NCBI GenBank assembly: GCA_963789955.1
Contig: CAWBMV010000036.1
Location: 152,142-216,141, forward strand
Source: an uncultured Candidatus Rokubacteria bacterium
Lineage (GTDB): Bacteria; Methylomirabilota; Methylomirabilia; Rokubacteriales; CSP1-6
Length of the DNA: 64,000 bases
Direction: 5' to 3'
Shown here: positions 1-9,897 of the stretch, piece after piece
Position numbering within the stretch: the stretch's first letter is position 1
Layout: every line of letters begins with the position of its first letter
Notes under the pieces: model-generated
What the model was told of the DNA's origin: nothing
Databases searched by the model: none
The model's input: the letters and a program-made list of their open reading frames with translations, nothing else
Made by a program: the position numbers and the translations under genes

Positions 1-260
1 AGCGAGCGCGCCTTCGGGACGTCGATCTCGCTCGTGAGCGCCGAGCCGCCGAAGCGCCGCAGGTCGACCGGCACCACGATGTGCCGCGTGACGCCGAGGT
101 GTTTCGCGACGTCCGCGGCCTTCTCGATCTCGATGCGGTGACGCTGGCCGTAGTCGAAGGTCAGCGCATAGAGCGTGAAGCCCTGCGAGCGCGCGATGGC
201 GGCGGAGGTGCTGGAATCGAGGCCTCCGCTCAGAAGGACCACCGCCCGTCGCTCCACCAT
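1..260 (-). CDS. queC: 7-cyano-7-deazaguanine synthase QueC (5' part; runs off the window)
   Basis: Absent from the ORF track. Manual translation from ATG 260: MVERRAVVLLSGGLDSSTSAAIARSQGFTLYALTFDYGQRHRIE...RFGGSALTSEIDVP, with SGGLDS and FDYGQRH motifs; GAGGAG RBS upstream. Confidence 0.93.
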   Translation of the reverse strand, partial: MVERRAVVLLSGGLDSSTSAAIARSQGFTLYALTFDYGQRHRIEIEKAADVAKHLGVTRHIVVPVDLRRFGGSALTSEIDVPKARS

Positions 261-272
261 GGGCTCCTCGAT

Positions 273-1412
273 TCAGCTCCGCGTCGGCAGCTCGACGACC
301 CCGCTGCCGAGCACCGACAGCTCGCCGTCCTGATTGCGCGCTTCCTGCTCGATCTCGACCAGGTGCCGGCCGTTCTCGATGCGCTTCGTCTTGACCGTGC
401 CGTCGATCCGCAGGGTGTCGCCTTCGGGGTTGTGGCGGCGGATCTTGCAGTACGCGCCGCGGAGGAACCCGTCGTCGCCCATCCAGTTGGTCAGATGATG
501 TGTGAGCCACGAGCACCGCTCGGGGCCGTAATCGTAAGCCCCCGGCGCGCCGACCATGGTCGCGAACTCCTGCTCCCAGTGGACGCGCTCCGGGCAGTCG
601 GGAATGCCGAAGCGGTTCTTGATGCCCAGACCCGAATGACGATGCACCTGCTTCCAGGCGAGCTTGTTCGCCCGGATGTAGAGGCCGCCCCAGCCCTGCG
701 CATAGGCGATGAAGCCCGTCACGGTCATCGGCCCCTTCGCCATCGTCGGCAGCCGCTCGCCCTCGCGCACGTCGTCCCAGTACCGCGGGGTGCCGCCGCG
801 GATCTGCTCGTTCGCGTAGAGCCGGTAGACGTCGGCGAGCTCCTCGTCGGTGTAGCGCTTGGGAGGCTTCGCCTTCACCGCGGTGTACTTGGTCCCGGCT
901 TCGCGCGCCTGGTCACGATCGGTGCGAAAGCACCAGCTGTCGGCGGCGGCGACGAGGTCCCCGCGCTGGTTGTAGAAGTCGACGTGATAGACCTGCTGGA
1001 TCGAGCGGCCCGCGAACGTCGTCTGGTGCTCGATCAGCTCCTTGAGCCATGCCTCGGTCGTGATCGCGTCGTTGCGCCGCACCGGGTGGTGCCACGTCCA
1101 GTCCGCCCCGGCCCACATCGCGTGCACGCCCGGCAGCCCGCCGACATAGCCCGAGATGATCCGGCTCGTGGCAAAGAGAAAGCTCGGCGGCGCGACCACG
1201 CCACCCCAGCGTGTGCCGGCGGCGTACTCGGGATCGCACCAGAGCGGGTTGTCGTCGCCGATGCCGTGCGCGTAGTGGCGCAGGTTGTCGCGCGTGGCCT
1301 CGTGGCACCACGGCTCGAGCGTGTCCGTGATCTTGACGCCGATCCGGCGGCGCAGGTCATCGAGGCCCTGCTCGGTGATCTTCGGAAAAAGCGTCGTCGT
1401 CTCACGGGGCAT
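273..1412 (-). CDS. Double hot-dog (MaoC/FAS1-like) dehydratase
   Basis: 379 aa with two MaoC-like halves (RHYAHGIGDDNPLW...APPSF; YWDDVREGERLP...RVHWE). Confidence 0.85.
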   Translation of the reverse strand: MPRETTTLFPKITEQGLDDLRRRIGVKITDTLEPWCHEATRDNLRHYAHGIGDDNPLWCDPEYAAGTRWGGVVAPPSFLFATSRIISGYVGGLPGVHAMWAGADWTWHHPVRRNDAITTEAWLKELIEHQTTFAGRSIQQVYHVDFYNQRGDLVAAADSWCFRTDRDQAREAGTKYTAVKAKPPKRYTDEELADVYRLYANEQIRGGTPRYWDDVREGERLPTMAKGPMTVTGFIAYAQGWGGLYIRANKLAWKQVHRHSGLGIKNRFGIPDCPERVHWEQEFATMVGAPGAYDYGPERCSWLTHHLTNWMGDDGFLRGAYCKIRRHNPEGDTLRIDGTVKTKRIENGRHLVEIEQEARNQDGELSVLGSGVVELPTRS

Positions 1413-2969
1413 GCGTGGGCTCCACGGCGCTCGCCTCGGATTCGCGAAGCGCCTTGCGGTTGACCTTGCCGGCGGGCGTCTTGGGCAGCGCCGCCACGAA
1501 CGCGACGCGCCGCGGGTATTCGTGCTGGCTGAGCCGCGTGCGCGTGAAATCCTGCAGCTCGCGGGCGAACGCGTCGTCGCCGCCGCGCGCGCTCACGATG
1601 AACGCCTTGACCACCTGGCCGCGCAGCGCGTCGGCGACGCCGATCACCGCCGCCTCGCGCACGTCCGGATGCCGGAGCAGCACGTCCTCGATCTCGATCG
1701 CGCTCATGGTCCAGCCGGCCGAGATGATGACATCGTCGGCGCGCCCGGCGTGATAGAAGTAGCCATCGCCGTCCACGTGGCCTCGATCCTTCGTCGGAAA
1801 CCAGGCATCGCGTCGCCACACCTTGATCTCGCCGATCTGGTCCGGCGGGCAGGGACGTCCGTCGGCGTCCTGCACCTCGACGCGGACGCCGGGGACGGGC
1901 TTTCCGAGTGCGCCGGGCTTGACGGCGTAATCGGCGGCGCCCGGATAGTCGGCCAGGATCACACCGACCTCGGTCGTCCCGTACATGCTGCACACGCGCG
2001 TGCCGAACGTCGCCTCGACGAACGCGCGTGCTGGCGCTGTCCATCGGCTCGCCGGTGAACGACAGCTTGCGGATGCCGTAGCGATACGCGCCGGCCTGTC
2101 CGGAGCTCTTCAGCATGCGATAGTGCGTCGCCGCGGCCGCCACGTTGGTCACGTCGTACTCCTGCAGCGCGCGGAGCATCCGGACCGGATCGAACTTGCC
2201 GGCCATCGTCCCGGTGGTGACGCCGAGCGCCAGCGGCGCGAGCGTGCCGTGCCAGAGGCCGTGCCCCCACGCGGGCGAGGACGGGCAGAAGAAGCGATCG
2301 CCCGGCCGGATGCCCGTGCCGTAGAGTGCTGCGACCATGAGCGCGACGATCGCGCGCTGGGGATGGCGCACCGCAGCCGGCAGCTCCCGCGTCGTGCCCG
2401 ACGTGTACTGAAAGACCGCGAGGTCGTCGGCGGCGCTCCGCACCTCGTAGTGGGCCGGGAGCGCCGCCAGCGTGGACAGCGAACGCGTCGTCGGCCACCA
2501 CGACCTCGAGCCCGGCGATGGCGCGCGCGGTGTCGGCCTTCTCGGCGTTGGTCAGCAGGAGCCGCGGCGTGCAGTCTTCGACCCGCAGCCGGACACCGTC
2601 GGGCCCGAACAGGGTGAACAGCGGCACCGCGATGGCGCCGCGCTTGATGGCGCCGAACAGGGCGGCGTAGAAGGCCAGCGACGGCTCGAGCATGATCGCC
2701 ACGCGGTCGCCGGGGGCGACGCCGCGCGCCGCGAGCCAGTGGGCGAAGCGCGCGGACCACTCGGACAGATCACGAAACCCGAGCGTCTCGTCGCGCCCGT
2801 CGGCATGGGCGACGCGGACCGCGACGCGACCGGAGCCGGCGTGCCGGTCCAGGCACTCGACGGCGATGTTCAGCGACTCGCGGCCGCCGTCGAAGAGCGA
2901 CCACAGCGCCGCGGATTGGAAGTGCCGGTGGGCGTCGGCGTAGGCCGTGTAGTCCGTCAGTCGCATCAT
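1402..2969 (-). CDS. Acyl-CoA synthetase (AMP-forming), frameshifted
   Basis: Pieces in ORFs 1959-2969, 1034-2443 and 1402-1995 give YTSGTT, YGTTEVG, GRADDVIISAG and LPKTPAGK motifs; indels near 2450-2480 and 2030. Confidence 0.85.
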
Positions 2970-3001
2970 GGCTCCCGGGTCCCATTGTATAAGGACAGCG
3001 C

Positions 3002-4237
3002 ATGACCTCGGGTCGCGGCGGACTCTTGCTGGGCGGCGCCTTCGTGACCTTCGCCATCAGCGCCGCGCTGATGCATTCCTACGCCGTCTTCCTGGTCGCG
3101 TTCCTCGAGGAGTTCGGCTGGAGCCGCGCCGAGACGTCGCTGGCCTTCTCGGTCTCCGCGTTCGTGAGCGGTGCGAGCGCGCCCTTCGTCGGCGCGCTCG
3201 TCGACCGCCTCGGGCCTCGCCGGCTCGTGCTGCTCGGCGGGGGCGTGCTGGCGCTCGGGCTCCTGGGCAGCGCCTACGTCGTCGCGCTCTGGCAGCTGGT
3301 CGTGCTCTACGGCATCCTCATGACGCTCGGAGCCAACTGCCTTGGGCTCGTCGTGTTCGTGCCCATCCTCTCGCGCCGCTTCGTGAGCAATCGGGGCATG
3401 GCGATCTCGATCGTCCAGTCGGCGAACGGCTTCGCGCGCGCCGTGTCGGCGCCGCTCGCGCAGATCCTGATCTCGACGATCGGCTGGCGGCACGCGTATC
3501 TCGCGCAAGCGGCGCTGATGGGTGTGCTCGTCTGGCCACTCGCCGCCCTGTTCCGGCGTGATGAGCCGCCGGCGCCCGTCGCGCCGCCGAGCCCGTCGTT
3601 CCGGGGCGAGGGCGTCGGCGCGGGTCCTCCGGCGCGCCGCGACTGGACCCTGGCCGAAGCGATCGCCACGTCACACTTCTGGCTCCTGTTCACGGTGTAC
3701 CTCTGCACGGGCCTCGGGAGCTTCTTCGTCTCGCTGCACCAGCTCGCGTTCGCGGTCGATGCCGGGTTCGACAAGCTCTACGCCGCCAGCGTGCTCGGCC
3801 TGGGCGCCTTGTTGTCCGTCGGCGGCACGATCGTCACGGGGACGCTCTCGGATTACATCGGCCGTGAGGTCTCCGCCGTCCTCGCCTACGCGGTCTCGAT
3901 CGTCGGCGTGATCTGCGCGCTCTTCATCACGGGCCCTGGCGACGCCTGGCTGCTCTGGATCCACGCGTGCTTCTTTGGCCTCACCTGGGGCGCGCGCGGC
4001 CCGGCGATCACCGCCAAGACCGCCGATCTGTTCCCGGGGCGAAACCTGGGCACCATCCTGGGTGTCATCACGGTCGGCACCGGCATCGGCTCGGCCGTCG
4101 GCGCGTGGGGCGCCGGCTGGATCTTCGACGTCTCCGGCAGCTATCGGCTCGCGTTCCTGGCATCGATCGCGTCCTACCTGGTGGGCTGCGTGGCGTTCTG
4201 GGGGCTGCGCCGGCCGCCGACGCGGCAGGTGGTATAA
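3002..4237 (+). CDS. MFS transporter
   Basis: 411 aa with about 12 hydrophobic segments and GALVDRLGPRR motif A. Confidence 0.9.
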   Translation: MTSGRGGLLLGGAFVTFAISAALMHSYAVFLVAFLEEFGWSRAETSLAFSVSAFVSGASAPFVGALVDRLGPRRLVLLGGGVLALGLLGSAYVVALWQLVVLYGILMTLGANCLGLVVFVPILSRRFVSNRGMAISIVQSANGFARAVSAPLAQILISTIGWRHAYLAQAALMGVLVWPLAALFRRDEPPAPVAPPSPSFRGEGVGAGPPARRDWTLAEAIATSHFWLLFTVYLCTGLGSFFVSLHQLAFAVDAGFDKLYAASVLGLGALLSVGGTIVTGTLSDYIGREVSAVLAYAVSIVGVICALFITGPGDAWLLWIHACFFGLTWGARGPAITAKTADLFPGRNLGTILGVITVGTGIGSAVGAWGAGWIFDVSGSYRLAFLASIASYLVGCVAFWGLRRPPTRQVV

Positions 4238-4246
4238 CAGTCGGCG

Positions 4247-5371
4247 ATGGACTTCCACGCGTTCATGTACGTCACGATCGGGCGGCGCCGCGAGCTCGAG
4301 CGGGGTATGGCCGGCAAGGATCCCGTGCTCTACCAGCGCATGCTGGACGAGATCGGGGAGTATGCGCGCACGTGCGATTCGACCGGCTGGTCGGGCATCG
4401 GTATCCCCGAGCATCACCTGCAGATCGAGGGGTTCGAGCTCGGTCAAGATCCGGGCCTCATGGCGATGTTCCTCGGCACGCACGGCCCGCGCCTGCGCAT
4501 CAACCAGTTCGGCTACGTGCTGCCCACGCACAATCCGCTGCGCGTGGCCGAGCACGCGGCCACGCTCGACCATCTGCTCGGCGGCCGGCTCAACGTCGCG
4601 TTCGTGCGCGGCTATCAAGCGCGATGGTTCGAGAACTACGCCGCCGTGCCCGGCGCCAAGGCCACGGGGCCGTGGAACCGCAAGAGCGACGAGGACGCGC
4701 GCAACCGCGAGCTCTTCGAGGAGTGCGTGGCCATCATCAAGACCGCGTGGGCCAACGACACGTTCGCCTTCAAGGGCAAGTACTGGTCGTACCCACCGGA
4801 AGGCCAGCGCCAGCCGCATCCGCATCCGGTCTACCTGAAGTACGGCCGCGGCGTCGACGCCGACGGTACGATCCGCGAGGTCGGCATCGCGCCGCGCCCG
4901 TTGCAGAATCCGATTCCCGTCTACTCGGGCTTCACGCATAGCCTGCAAACCTCGCTCTACTGGGCGCGGGAAGGCGGCAAGCCCATCGTGATGGCCAGCG
5001 AGATGGACTTCTGCGAGATGCTCTGGAGCCGCTATCGTGAAGAAGCCGAGCGTCACGGCCGCGACGTGCCGCGCGGCGAAGAAGCGGCGTGGGGCGGCTA
5101 TCTCGTGCTCGCCGACACGAAGAGCGAGGCGGAGGCGTGGGCCGAGGACTGTCTCTGGATGTGGGACTCGTGGTCCGTGCCCTTCGGCCAGGACCGGCCG
5201 CCGCTCCTGATCGGCGACGCCGACACCGTCACGCGCATGATCGAGAACGCGGCGCGCCACGTGCCGTTCAACGAGATGTTCCTGCTGTTCGGCCAGGGCA
5301 TTCTCGAACGCGACCGCTGCGTGAAGACGCTCGAGCTGTTTGCCGAGAAGGTCATTCCCCGGTTCCGCTAG
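4247..5371 (+). CDS. LLM-class (luciferase-like) flavin-dependent oxidoreductase
   Basis: PEHH, HNPLRVAEHAATLDHLLGGRL and C-terminal LELFAEKVIPRF motifs. Confidence 0.9.
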   Translation: MDFHAFMYVTIGRRRELERGMAGKDPVLYQRMLDEIGEYARTCDSTGWSGIGIPEHHLQIEGFELGQDPGLMAMFLGTHGPRLRINQFGYVLPTHNPLRVAEHAATLDHLLGGRLNVAFVRGYQARWFENYAAVPGAKATGPWNRKSDEDARNRELFEECVAIIKTAWANDTFAFKGKYWSYPPEGQRQPHPHPVYLKYGRGVDADGTIREVGIAPRPLQNPIPVYSGFTHSLQTSLYWAREGGKPIVMASEMDFCEMLWSRYREEAERHGRDVPRGEEAAWGGYLVLADTKSEAEAWAEDCLWMWDSWSVPFGQDRPPLLIGDADTVTRMIENAARHVPFNEMFLLFGQGILERDRCVKTLELFAEKVIPRFR

Positions 5372-5398
5372 TGCGCTCGAGCCTACGCCGGTGATGTC

Positions 5399-5839
5399 TT
5401 GCGCGCCCTGCTGCTGACGCTGCACGTTCTCGGAGCGTGCGTGTGGACGGGCGGGCATCTGGTGCTCGCGGTCGCCGTGCTTCCGCGCGCGCTGGCTCGA
5501 CGCGATTCCCGCATCCTGCGCGGATTCGAGGAGCCCTTCGAGCGGATCGGAATTCCTGCGCTCGTCGTTCAGGTGCTGACCGGGCTCTGGCTCGCCGGTC
5601 AGTTCGTCCCGATAACCCGCTGGCTCGCGTTCGGCAGCGCGCTCGAAGTGCGTGTGGGCACGAAGCTGCTCTTGCTCGGACTCACCGTGGCGCTCGCGCT
5701 CCACGCTCGGCTGCGCGTGATCCCCCGTCTCGACGAGTCCGGCCTGGGGCTGCTCGCGACGCACATCGTGATCGTGACGGTTCTGGCGGTCGCCCTCGTC
5801 GTCGTCGGCGTCAGCTTTCAGACGGGCCGGCTCTTTTAG
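5399..5839 (+). CDS. CopD-like 4-TM membrane protein
   Basis: LHVLGACVWTGGH, FERIGIPAL..QVLTG and KL.LL...ALHARLR patterns; TTG start. Confidence 0.7.
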   Translation: MRALLLTLHVLGACVWTGGHLVLAVAVLPRALARRDSRILRGFEEPFERIGIPALVVQVLTGLWLAGQFVPITRWLAFGSALEVRVGTKLLLLGLTVALALHARLRVIPRLDESGLGLLATHIVIVTVLAVALVVVGVSFQTGRLF

Positions 5840-5870
5840 CGACGCGCGCCGGCGAACCCGCGGTCCCTCG

Positions 5871-6209
5871 CTATGCCCTGATCATCACGAGGATCATCTT
5901 GAATGGCGTGATTGCCTTGACCGCGTGTGGCTGACCGGCGGGCAGCCTGAGAAGTTGGCCCGCTGAAACGTCGTGGGCGAGGCCCGCGATGGAAATTTCC
6001 GCCTTTCCGTCGACTCCAAGGACCAGCGCGTCATACGGCGCGGTATGCTCGCTGAGCGCTTCGCCCGCGTCGAATGCGAACGCGGTCACGGTGCCGGCGG
6101 ACTTCTTGACGAGCGTACGGCTGACGACCGAGCCCGGCTGATACTCGACGAGCCCGAGCTGCGCGATCACTCCTTGGAGCTCGCCCGCATGTTTTGGATC
6201 GGCGGTCAC
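5871..6209 (-). CDS. Cupin-domain protein
   Basis: C-terminal 112 aa of ORF 5871-6749: FAFDAGEALSEHTAPYDA...LPAGQPHAVKA; GTG start with AGGAG upstream. Confidence 0.85.
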   Translation of the reverse strand: MTADPKHAGELQGVIAQLGLVEYQPGSVVSRTLVKKSAGTVTAFAFDAGEALSEHTAPYDALVLGVDGKAEISIAGLAHDVSAGQLLRLPAGQPHAVKAITPFKMILVMIRA

Positions 6210-6223
6210 GAAGCTCTCTCCTG

Positions 6224-6247
6224 GTACATCGCGTCCTCCTGGCTTGT
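6224..6247. repeat. 24-bp direct repeat, copy 1 (copy 2 at 7154-7177)
   Basis: gtacatcgcgtcctcctggcttgt versus gtacatcgcgccctcctggcttgt (1 mismatch); on the minus strand each copy is an RBS followed by ATG TAC. Confidence 0.8.
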
Positions 6248-6274
6248 CCCAGAATAGTCCCGGCGTTCCGGTGC

Positions 6275-7159
6275 TCAGCGCGAGAAAAAGTCTCGGAGAT
6301 TCGCGTAGGTCTCGTCGGGCGCCTGCTCGGCTGGATAGTGGCCGCAGGGCAGCGCGATGCAGCCGGCGAGATTGGTGACGTAGGTCGACCAGCCCTTCTC
6401 GTATCCGTAGAACTTGGCCGTGTGGCTCTGGCCGCCGACGATCACCAGCACGGGGCAGGCGATCTTGTTCCCCGCGTCGAGGTCTTTCTTGTCCATCTCG
6501 AAGTCGATCGTGGCGCCGGCGCGGTAGTCCTCGCAGACGCCGTGGATGTTCTCGGGCGTGCAGCAGCGCACGTATTCTCGGATGGCGTCTTCGGTGAAGC
6601 CGCCCTTGCCCAGCCCCTGGGAGCCGAGCTTGAGGCGGATGTAGTACTCCTCCTTGCCGGCCAGGAGACGCTCGGGGAAATCGTACGGCTGCGCCATGAA
6701 CGACCAGTGATAACTGTTGAGCGCCCATTCGCGCGTGACGTGCGTCCACACGTGATGGGTCGGCAGGATGTCGATCGCGCAGAGCTTCTGCACCGCCGCC
6801 GGATGGTCGAGCGTCATGCGATAGGCGGTGCGCGCGCCCCGATCGTGGCCGGCCACCATGAATCGCTCGAAGCGGAGCTCGCGCATGACGTCGACCTGGT
6901 CCTGCGCCATGCGTCTGAACGAGTAGTTGCTGTGGTCGGGTAACCCGCGGGGCTTGCCGCTGTCACCGTAGCCGCGCAGGTCGGTGGCGACCACGGTGAA
7001 GTCCTTGGCCAGGCGCGGAGCGACGAAGCGCCAGTGGTAGTACGTGAGCGGATTGCCGTGCAGGAGCAGCACCGGCGGGCCCGATCCGCCCACCACCCCA
7101 CGGATCGTCACTTGTGGATCGCTGGTCTGGATGTCGAAGCGGCGGAAGCCCTCGTACAT
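6275..7159 (-). CDS. Alpha/beta hydrolase, haloacetate (fluoroacetate) dehalogenase family
   Basis: Start MYEGFRRF after AGGAGG; LLHG, DLRGYGDS, GHDRGAR, YHWSF, CEDYRAG and CGHY motifs. Confidence 0.85.
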   Translation of the reverse strand: MYEGFRRFDIQTSDPQVTIRGVVGGSGPPVLLLHGNPLTYYHWRFVAPRLAKDFTVVATDLRGYGDSGKPRGLPDHSNYSFRRMAQDQVDVMRELRFERFMVAGHDRGARTAYRMTLDHPAAVQKLCAIDILPTHHVWTHVTREWALNSYHWSFMAQPYDFPERLLAGKEEYYIRLKLGSQGLGKGGFTEDAIREYVRCCTPENIHGVCEDYRAGATIDFEMDKKDLDAGNKIACPVLVIVGGQSHTAKFYGYEKGWSTYVTNLAGCIALPCGHYPAEQAPDETYANLRDFFSR

Positions 7160-7177
7160 CGCGCCCTCCTGGCTTGT
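7154..7177. repeat. 24-bp direct repeat, copy 2 (RBS/start of the dehalogenase)
   Basis: Matches 6224-6247 at 23 of 24 positions. Confidence 0.8.
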
Positions 7178-7237
7178 GCGAGAGTTTATCCTGCTCCCGG
7201 GTAGGGCAACAGACGGAGCACCGACAGGAGGGCACGA

Positions 7238-7873
7238 GTGGTGGGCTTTGAGATCAGGACGGCCGAGGAGTTCGCCGCGCGCGACCTGCAGAGCCTCTGG
7301 CCGGCTCGACGCGCCGCGCGCGGGAGGCCGGAGTTCCGGCGTGTCCTCCAGCTCTTCGTCGAGCGAGGCGGACCGGTTCTCATCGACGAGATGTCCCAGG
7401 CTCTCGTTGCTCTGGATGACGAGGACCTGATCCGTATCCAGGACGGGAAAATCGACGTCGCGTATCCCTTTACGGCGTCGCCCACTTCGTTTGCGGTACG
7501 GCTGCCCGATGGTCAGGAGAGGTTCGCCTGCTGCGCCGTGGACGCGCTCGGCATCGCGCCGATGATCGGGCAACCGGTCGAGATCCGCTCGCGCTGCCAT
7601 CATTGCGGGGCGCCGCTCGATCTGACGTCGACCCCGGAGGGGCCGCGACCTGAAGGGTCGGACGTGATGCTCTGGATCGGCCAGCGGGCCGACGATCGCT
7701 GCAAGATCGCCGATTCGCTCTGAACGACGATCAACTTCTTCCGGTCGGAAGAGCACCTGAGGGCGTGGCGAGCCGAGAATCCAGCCGCAGAAGGCGCCGG
7801 CACCACGCTCATCGAAGGCTTCAAGCTCGGCGCGCGAATCTTCGGCGGCCTGCTCACAGGAGAGCGCAGATGA
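7238..7873 (+). CDS. MerB-like organometallic lyase, predicted selenoprotein (Sec at TGA 7721-7723; 211 aa)
   Basis: [13 protein letters not shown] and SRCHHCG motifs. Reading through TGA gives [19 protein letters not shown]...GARIFGGLL, matching the MerB C-x-x-x-(H/N)FF region. SECIS follows; the stop overlaps the next ATG (ATGA). Confidence 0.85.
7735..7753 (+). promoter_or_regulatory. Bacterial SECIS element
   Basis: CT-T-CTTCCG-GT-CGGAAG-AG hairpin starting 11 nt after the UGA, with a bulged U and G-GU-C apex like E. coli fdhF. Confidence 0.8.
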
Positions 7874-8661
7874 CACCAGGAACCGAGGAGGTCAAGGTCG
7901 CGCGGGACGGTCGCGTCATGACGATTACCCTGGACAGACCGGGCGATCAGAACCGGCTGACGCGAGACGTGCTGCTGGCCTTGCAGGGAATCGTCGAGTG
8001 CCTCAGGGAGGACGACGAGACTCAGGCTGTCGTCATCGCCGGTGCCGGCGCCGAATTCTTCTCGATGGGGATCCTGAATCCGATCGTCCGGGCGAGCTAC
8101 ACGAAGGACCAGATCCTCGACATGGTCCGCACGGCGAATCGTCTCTACGACGCGCTCGAAGCCCTGCCACAGATCGTGATCGTGGCGTTCAACGGCGCCG
8201 CGCGCGCGGGCGCGGCCGAGCTCTCGCTCGCGTGCGATATCCGGCTGGCGGCGGCTCACGCGACGTGGGCGCTGCCCGAAGCGCTGTGGGGCGGGTTCCC
8301 GGGCGCCGGCGGCCCCGTCCGCCTGCCGGGTATCGTCGGCCGGGCGCGGGCGCTCGAGCTGATCTGCACCGGGCGCGAGATCGACGCCGCCGAGATGGAA
8401 CGGCTCGGGCTCGTGCTCGCGGTCTATCCCGCGGCGCGACTGCTTGCCGAGGCGCAGGCACTCGCCGCCCGCATCTCGGCCAGCGGCCCGATCGCGACGC
8501 GAGGCGCCAAGCGCATCATGAACGTCCGCAACACGGCCGGCTTCGGCGCGGCGCGGGAGCTGTCAGACGCGCTTCGTCACGCCCTGGAGTGGAGCAAAGA
8601 CATCGACGAGGGGATGATCGCGCACCGCGAGCATCGCGCGCCTCGCTTCACCGGACGCTGA
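7870..8661 (+). CDS. Enoyl-CoA hydratase/isomerase family protein
   Basis: [37 protein letters not shown] and R.PRFTGR motifs. Confidence 0.88.
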   Translation: MTPGTEEVKVARDGRVMTITLDRPGDQNRLTRDVLLALQGIVECLREDDETQAVVIAGAGAEFFSMGILNPIVRASYTKDQILDMVRTANRLYDALEALPQIVIVAFNGAARAGAAELSLACDIRLAAAHATWALPEALWGGFPGAGGPVRLPGIVGRARALELICTGREIDAAEMERLGLVLAVYPAARLLAEAQALAARISASGPIATRGAKRIMNVRNTAGFGAARELSDALRHALEWSKDIDEGMIAHREHRAPRFTGR

Positions 8662-8671
8662 CCGCCCAGCG

Positions 8672-9873
8672 TCAGCCGACGGTGACCGGTTTGATCTCGC
8701 GAAGACGCGGCAGCACTTCGTTCGAGAAGAGGCGGATGCTCTTTTCCGACTCGGCGTGGGTCATGAAGCCGGAGCGGCCGACCAGGCTCAGGTGGCCGAA
8801 GCCGCCGACCTTGTCGTAGAAGTCCATGACCTGCTTGTAGACGCTGTCCGGGTTGCCCGCGAACAGGATGCCCTGCGCCATGGCCTGCTCGGCGCTCAGC
8901 GACGTGAGCCGCGCGGCGTTCTGACCCGCCGAGAGCACGCCTGCCGGCGGTCCCGCCTTCGGCGCCGTCCGATAGATCTGCGGCGCGGCCTCGGGCGGCG
9001 CGGTGCCGGGCAGGAAGCTCGAGTACTGCGGAGCCGACTTGAGGCTCGTGTGGAGGAACCAGAGGAGCTTGCTCGCCGACGCGGAGCCCCTCTTCGTCCG
9101 TGTCGCCGACGTAGACGAAGGCCGCGTAGGCGAAGTTGTCGGTCGTCACCTTCGGCAAGCCCAGCTCGGCGCGCGCCTTGCGATGCGCCGCGTAGGCCCG
9201 CTTCGTGCCCTCGGGCCCGCGCAGGACGAGGACGTGCACCAGGCCGCGCCGCCCGACCTCGGCCGCGGTCTCGGGATCCCCGGTGGCCGACCACATGCGG
9301 GGATGCGGCTGCTGCCACGGGCGGGGCCAGATGTTCACGTGACGGTGCGTGAAGTGCTTGCCCTCCCAGCTGAACGGGCCGTCGTGATGACTGAGCGCCT
9401 TCTTGATGAGGTCGATCGCCTCCCAGTAGCGCTCGATGTTGTTCACGGGGTTCGCGTTGTTCGACGCCATCTCGGTGCCGCCCGATTTGACGAAGCCGAT
9501 CTCGAGCCGGCCGCGCGAGATGACGTCCGCCGTCGCGTACTCCTCGGCGACCCGCACCGGGTCTTTTCGGAGCGATATCAAGGTGCCGAGGCTGAGGATC
9601 CGCACCTGACGTGTCTGGCGGGCGAGGATGCCGACCAGCAGCGGATTGGCGCCGAGGAGCGAGTTGATCCCGGCGTGGTGCTCCACCGCCAGAACGTTCA
9701 GGCCGAGGTCGTCGCACAGGAGAAACTCGTCGATGACCTCCTCGAACAGGTCGGCGGCCACCTTCGGATCGCAATAGCGATTGGGCAGGCTGGCGCGGAC
9801 GGAGTCGGTCGCGTTGATGCACTTCCTGAGGCACGAACGGGTACGGAACTTCGCACTGCCACCAAGCGTCCAT
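8672..9873 (-). CDS. LLM-class flavin-dependent oxidoreductase, frameshifted
   Basis: EHH, DPVRVAEEYATADVISRGRLEIG and SIRLFSNEVLPRL spread over three frames; indels near 9820 and 9075. Confidence 0.85.
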
Positions 9874-9897
9874 CGTGCTCTCTCCCCGAAAGCCGCG

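Noticed and set aside
7721..7723. TGA in the MerB-like gene as a true stop or a sequencing error
   Set aside because: It aligns with the catalytic Cys, has a correctly spaced SECIS, and read-through restores full length and the ATGA overlap. Other errors in the window are indels.
7238..7873. Classical mer resistance operon
   Set aside because: No merR, merT, merP or merA nearby, so the merB symbol is not assigned.
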